A stretch of DNA of 64,000 nucleotides from Candidatus Poriferisocius sp. Lineage in GTDB: Bacteria; Actinomycetota; Acidimicrobiia; Acidimicrobiales; Bin134. The stretch is from contig OZ244918.1 of the NCBI GenBank assembly GCA_965221865.1, forward strand, positions 2,664,696 to 2,728,695, in the 5' to 3' direction. Of this stretch, positions 10,519-20,351 are shown in pieces; positions within the stretch are counted from its first letter, which is position 1, and every line of letters begins with the position of its first letter. A program made the translations under genes and the position numbers. The notes below the pieces were generated by a model. That model ran no database searches, was not told where the DNA came from, and saw only the letters and a program-made list of their open reading frames with translations.

Positions 10519-11346
10519 TTAATGGGCATCAAAAAAGGGCATAAACTGACTAGACCCGCTGTTGTCATGCAACGCGCAATCCTCATCGGCACCTAAGATA
10601 GTTCTAACGCCAAAGGCTTGTCGAAGATTGGCTTTATTAAGAACCTCACAAGGTGTACCTACTGCCACTAAGCGGTTAGCTAAAAGTAACACCTGATCGC
10701 ACACTTCGGCTTCATCCATATGATGTGTTGAAATGACTACAATGCGTCCACGATTGCGTTCTTCTTTAATGACCTGCAAGATTGTTTCTTGGCTAGGTAG
10801 GTCTAATCCAGTGATAGGTTCATCTAGCAACAGCACCTCGGCGTCTTGTGCTAGTGCATGGGCTACTAACACGCGTTGACGTTGACCCCCTGAAAGCTCT
10901 CCAAATTGTTGAGACAGCAAGCTTGTAATACCTAAGCGCCGGGCGGAATCGTTGATCTCATGTGCATCTTTAGCCTTTAACCTCTTTATAAGACCGCGTT
11001 CTCGATAACGAGACATTCGCAACACGTTGGCAACAGAGATTGGTAGCCACATGTGTTGCCGGTGTTGCTGGGCTAGCAAAGCGACTTTTTTGCAACCTAA
11101 CTCAGGACTGATATGACCACTTTGTGGTTCATGCATACCGCACAGAATTCGCAATAAGGTGGTTTTTCCGCAACCGTTAGGCCCCATCAAAGCGGTGGAA
11201 GTACCGGGTTTGAATTGACAGGTGATGTTGGTGAGTACTGGCAGATCGCGCTTGTAACCAGCAGTAACATCGACCAAATCAATAGCACTTTGCAGTTCGG
11301 TGTCATATCTGCTGTGTTCTGCAACCGTGTTTGTCATCGCTGCCAT
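10519..11346 (-). CDS. ABC transporter ATP-binding protein (metal-importer-like)
   Basis: 275 aa with Walker A GPNGCGKTT, signature LSGGQRQR and Walker B LLLDEP. No adjacent permease or binding protein. Confidence 0.85.
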   Translation of the reverse strand: MAAMTNTVAEHSRYDTELQSAIDLVDVTAGYKRDLPVLTNITCQFKPGTSTALMGPNGCGKTTLLRILCGMHEPQSGHISPELGCKKVALLAQQHRQHMWLPISVANVLRMSRYRERGLIKRLKAKDAHEINDSARRLGITSLLSQQFGELSGGQRQRVLVAHALAQDAEVLLLDEPITGLDLPSQETILQVIKEERNRGRIVVISTHHMDEAEVCDQVLLLANRLVAVGTPCEVLNKANLRQAFGVRTILGADEDCALHDNSGSSQFMPFFDAH

Positions 11347-11382
11347 CTTAACCGGTTAATCTGCAATAATCGTTAGTGCCAG

Positions 11383-12138
11383 TTAGTTGGGATACCAGCG
11401 GGTAATAGCTGCCATCATACGATCCGTATGGTCGCTGTAAACAGCGTCTATGCCCATATCCAACAATTCGTTGAGAACTCTGGGGTGTTGTGCATCCCAG
11501 CCAAAGCAAAATAACCCAAAGCGATGAAACAAAGTAACAAGACCGCCTGTCCAGTCGCTTTGGTGCATGTTGAGCGCCCCAATACCGGCCTCTGTGAGTT
11601 CGCAAGCTCGGCGTTCAGGCCCATTAGTCAAACGTTTCAAACGTGTCGAGTTGCACAACTGCACATTGGTGTAGCGGACTTTTAGAGATGTCAGCACTGC
11701 AAGATCAGGGTGGCAAAGCCAAACATTAGGCCGTAAATCTGTACCAGCTGCATCCGAAGCTACATCAATAGCTCTTATAACAGCATCGGCAGCATTAGGA
11801 TCTTTAAGGTCTAGGGAGAGTTGAAAATCGCTCCCACAGGTTGCAAATAACTCTTTCAAGCTAGGGACGTGTTTGGGCATCTCACTGAGGTTGCAGTCAA
11901 CAAATCTTTTGCGGCGACCCCAGCGGCTGCTGCGCATCCATCCATCATGATCTAGTACAACCTCACCGTCGGCTGTTAACCATGCATCGCTTTCTAGCCC
12001 TGTGGCACCTAGTTCTAATGCCATACTAAATGCGTTTAATGTGTTCTCGCGTGCGTGAGCTTTTGCACCGCGGTGCGCAAATCCCACTGGGGGGTCTGCT
12101 AGCGCTGTAAGCCGTGGAGAAATCCGCTGAGTACTCAC
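11383..12138 (-). CDS. glycerophosphodiester phosphodiesterase family protein
   Basis: 251 aa with GDPD motifs FAHRGAKAHARENT and LESDAWLTADGEVVLDHD. Confidence 0.8.
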   Translation of the reverse strand: MSTQRISPRLTALADPPVGFAHRGAKAHARENTLNAFSMALELGATGLESDAWLTADGEVVLDHDGWMRSSRWGRRKRFVDCNLSEMPKHVPSLKELFATCGSDFQLSLDLKDPNAADAVIRAIDVASDAAGTDLRPNVWLCHPDLAVLTSLKVRYTNVQLCNSTRLKRLTNGPERRACELTEAGIGALNMHQSDWTGGLVTLFHRFGLFCFGWDAQHPRVLNELLDMGIDAVYSDHTDRMMAAITRWYPN

Positions 12139-12259
12139 TGTTTAATTGTTGACTGCTAGCGTGACTTGGGGCAATATCAACAGCCAATCTGTAGCGATTA
12201 GTAGCCCCATTTGGCGTGTAATCTAGCCGAGCAATCTGTCTGTCTTGTAGTCTGTAAAC

Positions 12260-12589
12260 GTGGGTAACCTCGGGTGGGCTGAAATTGCGGTGATAGTAGT
12301 AGTCGCCTTAGTTGTGCTCGGCCCCGACAAACTACCCCAAGCAGCTCAGCAAGTGGGACGAATCTTGCGACAGTTTCGTAAGATTTCTACAGGATTTCGC
12401 CAAGAACTCCAAAACGCTTTAGACGAACCTATTGAACAAGCTGCTCGCCAACGTGGCGAACAAGTAGTTGCTCACCATCAGCAATCTACATCGTCACAAG
12501 CTGTCAATCCTGACACACCGGCAACTTCGCCAACACAACCTTTAGAACCTGAACCTGCTCCTAGTGAATCCCCGCTAGACAGCTCGTGA
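12260..12589 (+). CDS. tatA: twin-arginine translocase TatA/TatB family protein
   Basis: 109 aa with an N-terminal TM helix plus amphipathic helix (IAVIVVVALVVLGPDKLPQAA). It lies directly upstream of tatC, overlapping it by 4 nt. Confidence 0.85.
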   Translation: MGNLGWAEIAVIVVVALVVLGPDKLPQAAQQVGRILRQFRKISTGFRQELQNALDEPIEQAARQRGEQVVAHHQQSTSSQAVNPDTPATSPTQPLEPEPAPSESPLDSS

Positions 12590-13443
12590 GCGAACCTATT
12601 TCTAAACGTCTGCGTTTTGGCAGACGTAAGACAAACTCTGCTGCATTCTCAGCCGGGGACGAAAACATGCCCCTTTTAGACCACCTCACCGAGTTGCGCT
12701 CCAGGCTCATCAAATGCATCGTGGCAGTTCTGACAGGAGCCATTGCCTGTTGGATTTTGTATCCCCAAATTTTGGACTTTTTAGTAGACCCATACTGTGA
12801 TGTGATTTCCACAGATACTGTGGCTGAAGAAGCTGCTCGTCAGAACCTTTTAGGCGGTTGTGAGCTTTTGGTGTTAGACCCCTTAGAGCCATTCTCGGTG
12901 CGCTTAACTGTTGCAGGCTACGGCGGTTTGACGCTGGCAATTCCTGTGGTGCTATGGCAGCTTTGGCGATTTGTGCAGCCAGGACTTTTCCCACGTGAGC
13001 GTCGCTTGGCAGTAGCCTTCACTGGGGCTGGTGCGTTGTTGTTCTTTTTAGGTGCAGGGCTGGCTTACTGGAGCATTCCTCGGGCTTTAGGATTTTTAGC
13101 CAACATAGGCGGAGAGGATTTGATTACAGGCTTTTCTCCCGCCAAGTACTTGTCGTTTGTGATTAAGATGATGGTGGCCTTTGGAATTGGTTTTGAGTTT
13201 CCCATTGTGTTGGTGTTTTTACAGATGGCAGGCATCATCACCTACCGCCAACTTATTCGCGGTCGCCGCTTTGCTATAGTGGGCATAGTTGCTTTAGTAG
13301 CTGTAATCACACCTAGTGGAGATCCTTTTACATTGGCGGTTCTTTCTGTACCAATGTACATCTTCTATGAGTTAGCCATCGTGATTGGTTGGCTGCGCAG
13401 CAGAACACAACGACGCCGTGAAGCAATAAATGCCAATACATAA
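12586..13443 (+). CDS. tatC: twin-arginine translocase subunit TatC
   Basis: 285 aa, polytopic, with an N-terminal MPLLDHLTELRSRL motif characteristic of TatC. Confidence 0.9.
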   Translation: MSEPISKRLRFGRRKTNSAAFSAGDENMPLLDHLTELRSRLIKCIVAVLTGAIACWILYPQILDFLVDPYCDVISTDTVAEEAARQNLLGGCELLVLDPLEPFSVRLTVAGYGGLTLAIPVVLWQLWRFVQPGLFPRERRLAVAFTGAGALLFFLGAGLAYWSIPRALGFLANIGGEDLITGFSPAKYLSFVIKMMVAFGIGFEFPIVLVFLQMAGIITYRQLIRGRRFAIVGIVALVAVITPSGDPFTLAVLSVPMYIFYELAIVIGWLRSRTQRRREAINANT

Positions 13444-14041
13444 AGCACAAGATTGGGGAGACACGGGTGGCCTAGCAGCCAACGGAATCACCGTAGACAA
13501 CGACAGCGCTGCTCATCTGTGTATCCAACAAGCCCGCAGGAATAATAAGCCTTTACCAGAATTGGGGTTGTTGGGAGGTGACCTGTGTCGAACTTTAGGG
13601 GGGCGCGGTAACGCAAGTACTTTGCACAACTTAGATGCTTACCGTTTTGCTGTGGACTTAGGTGCGGTATTGTTAGACGGACGCTTGTTCTGGTTTTGCG
13701 CTCATCTGGTAGCTAAACAACTTGGCTGGGGCGGAGAAGTGGTGGTGGCTATGAACGCGGCTTGGCTTGGAAGATGGAACCTAGGCCCTAAAGCTCACCC
13801 TGGCGATGGGCTTTTAGATATCACGCAAGGGCACCTCTGCGTGAGCGACCGTTTCAAAGCCAGCAAAAGAGCTAAAACAGGCGATCATCTGCCGCACCCT
13901 CATATGTCTTATAAACGCATAGCTGCTCTGCAAATCGAACTAACTCGGCCCACTAAAGTTTTCTTAGATGGGGTGAGTGTGGGTAAGGCTCGCAACGTAT
14001 CTTTGCGGGTAGAGCCAGCGGCCTTGACGGTCGTGGTGTGA
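13430..14041 (+). CDS. hypothetical protein resembling only the C-terminal half of DAGK/YegS-type lipid kinases
   Basis: 203 aa. GPKAHPGDGLLDI and the terminal FLDGVSVGKA...LRVEPAALTVV resemble the C-terminal beta-sandwich of diacylglycerol-kinase-like proteins. There is no N-terminal nucleotide-binding half. It overlaps tatC by 14 nt. Confidence 0.4.
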   Translation: MPIHKAQDWGDTGGLAANGITVDNDSAAHLCIQQARRNNKPLPELGLLGGDLCRTLGGRGNASTLHNLDAYRFAVDLGAVLLDGRLFWFCAHLVAKQLGWGGEVVVAMNAAWLGRWNLGPKAHPGDGLLDITQGHLCVSDRFKASKRAKTGDHLPHPHMSYKRIAALQIELTRPTKVFLDGVSVGKARNVSLRVEPAALTVVV

Positions 14042-14089
14042 GTTTCTAGCTGACATACCACTTAAACGCATTCGGCTACTACTAGCATT

Positions 14090-15274
14090 TTGGCAATGAC
14101 CCTCATATCAGCTAAACAACAGTTACAGGCGCAGGTAGATGCTTTGTCTGAGTGTTTGTTTGATGTATCGCATCAGATACACCAAACACCAGAGCTGTGC
14201 TATGAGGAGTATCACGCGCACAATTTGTTATGTGACACACTTGTGGGTGCTGGCTTGCAGGTGCAGCGCTCTGCGTTTGGTTTAGACACCGCGTTCATAG
14301 CCCACGCTGGTAGCAGTGGGCCCAACATTGCAGTGATTTGTGAGTATGATGCTCTACCTGAAATAGGCCATGCCTGTGGGCATAACATCATTGCTGCTGC
14401 AGGGTTAGGAGCTGGTTTAGCAACCGCAACAATGGCAGAAGAGCTAGGAGGCCGCGTCAGCATCATTGGTACCCCAGCAGAAGAAGGAGGTGGAGGGAAA
14501 TGCCTTATGCTGCAAAGAGGTGCTTTTGGTGGAGTAGATGCGGCCATGATGATTCACCCGGCTAACCATGAACTAACACGCATTAACGCTATTGCTGTGG
14601 AGCAAATCTTAGCTACCTATACCGGTCGTGCAGCTCATGCTGCTGCTTCACCGCACATGGGACGTAACGCCTTAGACGGCGCAGTGTTGGGATACATGAA
14701 CGTGGCTGCTTTACGTCAACATATTCACCCTGATGAGCGCGTGCATGGTGTTTTCTCACATGGCGGTGACAAACCTAATGTGGTGCCCAAAGATGCTGCA
14801 TCTGAGTGGTATGTACGTGCCCCTCAAATTGAAGGTCTTGAGCGGCTACGTGAGCGGGTAGTAGCTTGTTTAGAAGCTGGTGCCCAAGCTGCAGGTGTGG
14901 AAATAAACTGCCAAACCACTGCACCTATATACGCTGACATGATTGATAACGGTGTTTTGCTGCAACGCTACATTGCCAATGCCGATGAAGTGAATCGGGT
15001 CGTTCGTACACCTGAGCTTGATGCAGTTGTTGTAGGTAGCACCGATATGGGCAACGTGAGCTATGCGGTACCTTCTATTCACCCTATGATTAAGGTTGCG
15101 CCGTCAGAGGTAGCCATTCATAGCCCTGAATTCGCTGATTATGCCTGCTCACACAGTGGGGATCAAGCAGTGTTGGATGGTGCCAAAATTATGGCCATGA
15201 CTATTGCCGACTTGTGGATGGATGCAAATACGCTTACCCAAGCTCAAGATGAACTAGCGCGCAGCTTATCATGA
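14090..15274 (+). CDS. M20 family amidohydrolase/peptidase (AbgB-like)
   Basis: 394 aa with a metal-ligand motif GHACGHN and GTPAEEGGGGK. Confidence 0.8.
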   Translation: MAMTLISAKQQLQAQVDALSECLFDVSHQIHQTPELCYEEYHAHNLLCDTLVGAGLQVQRSAFGLDTAFIAHAGSSGPNIAVICEYDALPEIGHACGHNIIAAAGLGAGLATATMAEELGGRVSIIGTPAEEGGGGKCLMLQRGAFGGVDAAMMIHPANHELTRINAIAVEQILATYTGRAAHAAASPHMGRNALDGAVLGYMNVAALRQHIHPDERVHGVFSHGGDKPNVVPKDAASEWYVRAPQIEGLERLRERVVACLEAGAQAAGVEINCQTTAPIYADMIDNGVLLQRYIANADEVNRVVRTPELDAVVVGSTDMGNVSYAVPSIHPMIKVAPSEVAIHSPEFADYACSHSGDQAVLDGAKIMAMTIADLWMDANTLTQAQDELARSLS

Positions 15275-16905
15275 CCCCTTACACTGCTGAGCAGTTCACA
15301 TCCGCTGAAGCAGACATTCTGCGACGTTATTTCACGAATCTAGATCAGCCAGTATTTGCTTTGGTGAACTTGCCAGAAGTAGTCAAGGGTGCTTTGTTTG
15401 CTCGTTACAGCCGTTCTGCTAAATCTTTGCGCAGATTGTTTCTAGATGAGTTTGTAGGAGAGTTAGATATCAGCGGGGATGTCAATATTGACGCTACTGT
15501 TGGTTTGCGCCGCGCCGAGGAGCTTTACGATCGTATTTTTTTTGAATATGGTGATGACTCAGTTGCACAACTAGGCGGTGTCCATTTGGCCTGTGAGCAA
15601 GCTTCAAACATCTTAACTAAGGTGCTGGAGTGGGGTCGGCTCATGTCTTACCTAGAACAATCCACACGTTATATCGACTATCTAAACCGTATTGGTGGTC
15701 GATATCGCTATTACCGTGACCCGGATGTGGGGAACTCGCCTTTATCGGGTCGTTATGTGAGTGATATGGATCGCATGTTTGAAGCTTATGGGAAGCTACT
15801 GCCTGCGATGACGGACTTTTTCCGCCAACATACTGCTAAAAATCCTGAAGATTCTGATTTTGTCTATCGCCAAGCTACTCGTGCTAAGGCTTTAGACACT
15901 GTAAGAGGGCTGCTACCTGCAGCAACAGTTTCCAACGTAGGCATGTATGGTACTGGGCAGTCCTATGAGCTGCTGCTAATGCGTATGCGTTCGCATCCTC
16001 TACCCGAAGTGCAAAGCTATGCCAAGTTAATGCTGACAGAGTTGCGCAAGGTAATTCCCTCATTCCTAAAACGAGTTGATCTCACAGATCGGGGTGTGCA
16101 GTGGAGCGAGTATATAGGTGACACACGGGAGTCGATGCAAAGCGTTGCGAGCCACTTACTGCCAAACGATCTGTCTGTTGATGAAGCGCCTACAGTGCGT
16201 TTGGTGGATTTTGATCCCGCTGCAGAAGTCAAGATGGTGGCTGCCATGTTATATCCCTATTCACATCTACCATCTGAACAAATTCAACGAGAGGTTGCAG
16301 CTATGAGCACCGCCGACCGCCTCTCGGTTGTGCGGGCCTATGTGGGAGATCGAGCTAACCGGCGCCACAAACCAGGACGTGCTTTAGAAAGATCTGTGTA
16401 TCAGTTCGATGTTTTAGCTGACTATGGGGCATTTCGGGATTTACAACGTCATCGCATGCTTACCTTAGAGTGGCAAGCGCTAAGCCCTCATCATGGTTAT
16501 ACCCGTCCTGCTGCTTTGAGTGCAGCAGGTTATGAGGCAGTATTTGACGAGGTCATGATTCGCTCGGCTGCATTGTATGATTTACTAGCTCATGACTACC
16601 CTGAACAAGCGGCTTATGCAGTTAGCTTGGCATATAAGGTGCGTTTTTCTATAGGACTGAACGCTAGAGCTGCCATGCATCTAATAGAATTACGTACCAC
16701 ACCTCAAGGGCACCCGGTTTACCGAAAGATTGGCCAAGAGATGTGGCGGTTAATTCGTGACGAAGCAGGCCACGTTGCTATAGCAGAAATGATGCGATTT
16801 GTAGACTTTACTGAAGAAACTGAACTAGGACGTTTAACTGCCGAACGCCGGGTTGAAAAACAACGGCAAAAGCGTGACTACGTACCTGAGACCTTGCAAA
16901 TATGA
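15271..16905 (+). CDS. long ThyX-like (Thy1 domain) protein
   Basis: 544 aa. FRDLQRHRMLT resembles the ThyX RHR motif but has Thr where the canonical Ser sits. ALFARYSRS lies near the N-terminus. The start overlaps the upstream gene by 4 nt. Confidence 0.55.
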   Translation: MTPYTAEQFTSAEADILRRYFTNLDQPVFALVNLPEVVKGALFARYSRSAKSLRRLFLDEFVGELDISGDVNIDATVGLRRAEELYDRIFFEYGDDSVAQLGGVHLACEQASNILTKVLEWGRLMSYLEQSTRYIDYLNRIGGRYRYYRDPDVGNSPLSGRYVSDMDRMFEAYGKLLPAMTDFFRQHTAKNPEDSDFVYRQATRAKALDTVRGLLPAATVSNVGMYGTGQSYELLLMRMRSHPLPEVQSYAKLMLTELRKVIPSFLKRVDLTDRGVQWSEYIGDTRESMQSVASHLLPNDLSVDEAPTVRLVDFDPAAEVKMVAAMLYPYSHLPSEQIQREVAAMSTADRLSVVRAYVGDRANRRHKPGRALERSVYQFDVLADYGAFRDLQRHRMLTLEWQALSPHHGYTRPAALSAAGYEAVFDEVMIRSAALYDLLAHDYPEQAAYAVSLAYKVRFSIGLNARAAMHLIELRTTPQGHPVYRKIGQEMWRLIRDEAGHVAIAEMMRFVDFTEETELGRLTAERRVEKQRQKRDYVPETLQI

Positions 16906-16994
16906 GAAAAATATATTGCCGCGTGTTCATAAACAAGCGGCGCAGTGTCTATGATGCGCGCTAACTATAAAGATGCAGGAGATAAGAGAGGATC

Positions 16995-17513
16995 ATGCCT
17001 AACCCTGATGACTTTGATGAAATGCCAGAAGACGGTTTCTCCGCGGGTGATATTGAAACCTTGGAGGAAGATTTTGACACTGACCTAGGCGACGAGGATT
17101 TCAGCGATGACCCTCTAGCTAACAGCCTTGACAGTGACGATGATGGCGATAGTTACGACGAAAACTCAAGCGATGACGAAGAAGATGCTAAACCTACCCC
17201 GGTTGTTGCTCGCAGTTCCAACATGGCTGATGATGATGATAACGAAGCCGAAGATATCGACCCAGACAATGTTGAAGCAGATCTCGGCACAATCTTGCAG
17301 GATCGCTTAGCAGCAAGCGAAGACGAAGATGAAGATGAAGATGAAGTACCAGAACCAAGTGTTGAAGCTGCCGGCCAGGTTAAGCCGAAAAAAGATAACG
17401 AATGGACTTGTCAAGGATGCTTTTTTATTGTTAGCTCAGCGCAGTTTGGCTCCCGCGACAACCCAAGATGCCCGTCAGGTGAGGATCCTTGCCCGTCGTT
17501 GGAACTCTTGTAA
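16995..17513 (+). CDS. DUF4193-like protein (acidic N-terminus, C-terminal Cys cluster)
   Basis: 172 aa with a highly acidic D/E-rich N-terminal region and a C-terminal EWTCQGCFFIV...RCPSGEDPC, matching my recollection of the actinobacterial DUF4193 family. Confidence 0.6.
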   Translation: MPNPDDFDEMPEDGFSAGDIETLEEDFDTDLGDEDFSDDPLANSLDSDDDGDSYDENSSDDEEDAKPTPVVARSSNMADDDDNEAEDIDPDNVEADLGTILQDRLAASEDEDEDEDEVPEPSVEAAGQVKPKKDNEWTCQGCFFIVSSAQFGSRDNPRCPSGEDPCPSLELL

Positions 17514-17578
17514 CTTTTACGGGCTAGCCTGTGTGCTCTAAGTCTGCAAACCACTCGAATAATCTCAAAAACAGCGAG

Positions 17579-17764
17579 ATGATTAAGAGTTTGTTAGATA
17601 TGTTGTTCTACGCACCTGTGGCTGTACTGCTAGCAGATAGTAAAGAAATTCAGAATCTAGCTGCACAAGGACGTAAACACCTAGCAGCAGCGCGCTTTTT
17701 AGGGCGCATGGCTTTGGGGCACACAACACCAACCCACAATGCTTCAGACCTTGATTTAGATTGA
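17579..17764 (+). CDS. small hypothetical protein
   Basis: 61 aa from the internal ATG of ORF 17531..17764. It fills the gap between flanking genes. No motif. Confidence 0.3.
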   Translation: MIKSLLDMLFYAPVAVLLADSKEIQNLAAQGRKHLAAARFLGRMALGHTTPTHNASDLDLD

Positions 17765-18273
17765 GACTAGAGTTGGAGTTATCCGCACAACAGCGGCCTA
17801 AAGATGGTATTGCTAGAAAAGCTACCGAAGCTGACATAGAGGTAATAGTTGAGTTAGCGCGCAAAGCGCGCCAAGAGATGTTGCAGTATCGCGGGGGGCA
17901 ACGTTGGTTAAATACTGAAGCGCAACAAGAACCTTTAAAAGCTTTTTTTATAAACGCACTTGCAGAATCTACCACCACACAAGTACTTGCTGGCATCTGG
18001 GCTGACGCGATAGTTGGATACGCTTGGGCGCGCTCAGAGCAGCGTCAAGATAACAAACTTTTAGTACGAATTGGCGAGCTGTATGTAATGCCTGATGCGC
18101 GTTCTGTGGGGGTCGGAGAGTCGCTTTTTAATGCTCTAAGAAACTGGGCACATCAACAAAATGCTCATGCTATTGAAGCTTTTGTTTTACCAGGGCACCG
18201 ATCAGCAAAGAACTTTTTTGAAACATTCAAGCTGACAGCTCACGCGCTGACTGTTTACACAGAACTGCGGTAG
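17761..18273 (+). CDS. GNAT family N-acetyltransferase
   Basis: 170 aa with an acetyl-CoA binding motif RSVGVGESLFNAL. Length is typical for the family. Confidence 0.75.
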   Translation: MRLELELSAQQRPKDGIARKATEADIEVIVELARKARQEMLQYRGGQRWLNTEAQQEPLKAFFINALAESTTTQVLAGIWADAIVGYAWARSEQRQDNKLLVRIGELYVMPDARSVGVGESLFNALRNWAHQQNAHAIEAFVLPGHRSAKNFFETFKLTAHALTVYTELR

Positions 18274-18314
18274 CGGCAACAAACAAAATGCCCGGCTTTT
18301 TGCATAACAGGGCT

Positions 18315-19502
18315 TTATTGTTTGGCAGCTTGAGATTTTTGGTTACGTTTAGAGCGTTTAGGCGGGGGTGTTGGGTCTATGCCAAACAGGGCTGCAATGT
18401 GCGGTACTCGCTCAGATAGTTTCTTAACTTCGGCAAGCAGTTCTTGATCAGGTTTGTCGGGTATCCCGTGAGGTTGCACTGTGCGGCGCACGGGCGAAAA
18501 CGCAACTGCCCCCAATACCATCATCCAACGTTTAGAGGGGGTCTCATTGTTAAGCGCAGCGCTGGCAGCCTCGGTTAGTCGTGTGACGATATCTTGAGGC
18601 AGCGGTACTCCTGCTTTGGGAGGTCTGGTGCTCAGTCTAAGAGCTCGTATCATCCTGCCGTCAGCTAGAGTTGCTGCCACCTCTGCTAGCCACTCAGAAT
18701 GTTCTTTATCTACCCTAGCGGTTAGCTGGCTACGTAGTTGCTCTGCTAGTGCTTTCGCTACTTCATCAACCGCACCTAGATCTGCTGCCCCTACCACTGA
18801 GCGCAGATCTCGTAAATCTAGCTCAGCAAATCCCGCTAAAGCAGCATCTGCCCGGTCACGCCATTCTGCTGCTCGCATAGGTACAAGCAGGTTGCGAATC
18901 ATGTCTAGTTCGCTATTAGTATCAGCTTTGTCCACTTGAGCAGTGTTGTTATTAGAATCTTGCATTTGACGCTGTTTTTTGCGCTCTAGGCGCAGGGTTT
19001 GTTCCGTAGCGCTAATGCCGTCACGCATTATTTTTGCCGCAACCGCTTTTTGATCTTCAGGTAATTCTTTGATAAGAGCTTCTCTGTGAATGCGGTTCGG
19101 ACGTAAGCGCTTAAATTTGGGTTCAGCGTCTCGTTCACGATTATGCTGGCGCCTGTTTTCTGCTTTTTTGTTACGTTTTTGGCTATCTTTAGAACGCCTG
19201 TCGTTGCTCTTATCGTTAGACACAAGCTTTGTAGTCACCAAAGGCTGATCGCTTTTAGAGCCAAGTATTTCAAGTGTCTCTGGTAGGGGAGTGTTTTTAG
19301 GCTGTTGTTGAAATGCCCCAACAATCTCAATGCCATCCATATTGAACTCAGCCTCTAATGTGAGCAAATCGCCCACCTTGGCATCAAAAGCGAGCATCGC
19401 ATTTGCTAATAGCCCTTTAGGTTCACGGGCACCTAAGGCGCGCCAAGTCCAGTAACCATCGTTTCGTTGGCTGGTTAATTCGATTTCAATTTTACGAGGC
19501 AC
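18315..19502 (-). CDS. hypothetical protein with a K/R-rich central region
   Basis: 395 aa, with a long ORF and coding-like composition. The basic low-complexity core is RRSKDSQKRNKKAENRRQHNRER. No family recognised. Confidence 0.5.
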   Translation of the reverse strand: MPRKIEIELTSQRNDGYWTWRALGAREPKGLLANAMLAFDAKVGDLLTLEAEFNMDGIEIVGAFQQQPKNTPLPETLEILGSKSDQPLVTTKLVSNDKSNDRRSKDSQKRNKKAENRRQHNRERDAEPKFKRLRPNRIHREALIKELPEDQKAVAAKIMRDGISATEQTLRLERKKQRQMQDSNNNTAQVDKADTNSELDMIRNLLVPMRAAEWRDRADAALAGFAELDLRDLRSVVGAADLGAVDEVAKALAEQLRSQLTARVDKEHSEWLAEVAATLADGRMIRALRLSTRPPKAGVPLPQDIVTRLTEAASAALNNETPSKRWMMVLGAVAFSPVRRTVQPHGIPDKPDQELLAEVKKLSERVPHIAALFGIDPTPPPKRSKRNQKSQAAKQ

Positions 19503-19526
19503 CGTCGCTAACGCTACTTGATTTAA

Positions 19527-19892
19527 CTAGCATCGTGGCAAAACAGCGGCTGCTGAAGCTGCAAAACTTGTGATATCTACAACGGTGATAGCTGTAGCAG
19601 GAGTCAAACCCACCAGCACACGAGGCTTCCACGGCATGTCTGCTTGTACCGTCAGCGTTGTAGATTTACTGTTACTTTGTATACAGCCTCTCAAGCGAGT
19701 GGTGCTGCGTAACACTTGTGACACCTGCTGACAGCCATCGCTGCTGCACCCTTGGATAAAAGCTTGAGTAGCCCGTTCGGCTCGCTGCGCTGCTAGATTG
19801 CGGTTGGTTATCAACTCTGCATGATCACTCAAAGACCCGGCTAGTAATGCTGTAGCCATACCTAATGCTAACAACAAGATTGCAGTGTGCAT
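19527..19892 (-). CDS. TadE/TadG-like pseudopilin
   Basis: 121 aa with an N-terminal hydrophobic helix. It is the last gene of the Tad-like operon. Confidence 0.5.
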   Translation of the reverse strand: MHTAILLLALGMATALLAGSLSDHAELITNRNLAAQRAERATQAFIQGCSSDGCQQVSQVLRSTTRLRGCIQSNSKSTTLTVQADMPWKPRVLVGLTPATAITVVDITSFAASAAAVLPRC

Positions 19893-19918
19893 AAGATAAT
19901 TGCTACCAAATCTACTGA

Positions 19919-20326
19919 CTACTTAAGAGTTGCCAAGCTAGCAGTCAGCACATGATTGCTAGTAAAAAGTCGCCCCAATTCCACTGGACAGCTAACAACC
20001 ACAGCCACTTGTTGAGTGTTAGGATGCTGGCCTTGCGCTAGCAAACCCACATGAAATCGAGGGTCGGTTTGCTTGCAAACCCCAGCAGTAGCTGCAAGCC
20101 CAGATTGTTCCACCATGTGAGACATCTCAGCCCAACGGGCTCTTGTCGCAGCAGTCCCCGCTGAAGGCCCTGAACGTGATATCACCTCTGCAGATAAGCT
20201 GGCAACGTTCTCAGCAAAAGTCGTGCTGCGATATTTTGCAGTACCCAATGTACCAGCAGCATCTAGCACTACTACTGCCAACACTATGGTTGGCAGTATC
20301 AACAAAAACCCAAGTGCTTCGCTCAT
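19919..20326 (-). CDS. TadE-like protein
   Basis: 135 aa with an N-terminal SEALGFLLILPTIVLAVVVL, resembling the TadE N-terminal motif. Confidence 0.55.
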   Translation of the reverse strand: MSEALGFLLILPTIVLAVVVLDAAGTLGTAKYRSTTFAENVASLSAEVISRSGPSAGTAATRARWAEMSHMVEQSGLAATAGVCKQTDPRFHVGLLAQGQHPNTQQVAVVVSCPVELGRLFTSNHVLTASLATLK

Positions 20327-20351
20327 ACTCTTAACCTGCGCTTCTTTTTGC

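Noticed and set aside
11348-11605. 85-aa minus-strand ORF overlapping the 3' part of the GDPD gene
   Set aside because: It is an alternative frame of a gene with clear GDPD motifs, so it is most likely spurious.
12149-12177. TTGACT-17-CAATAT upstream of tatA as a promoter
   Set aside because: The -10 hexamer matches only 3 of 6 consensus positions, so it is not distinguishable from chance.
17128-17541. Alternative-frame ORFs inside and after the DUF4193-like gene
   Set aside because: They arise from GAT/GAA/GAC-rich acidic coding sequence. The frame with the C-terminal Cys cluster is the conserved one.
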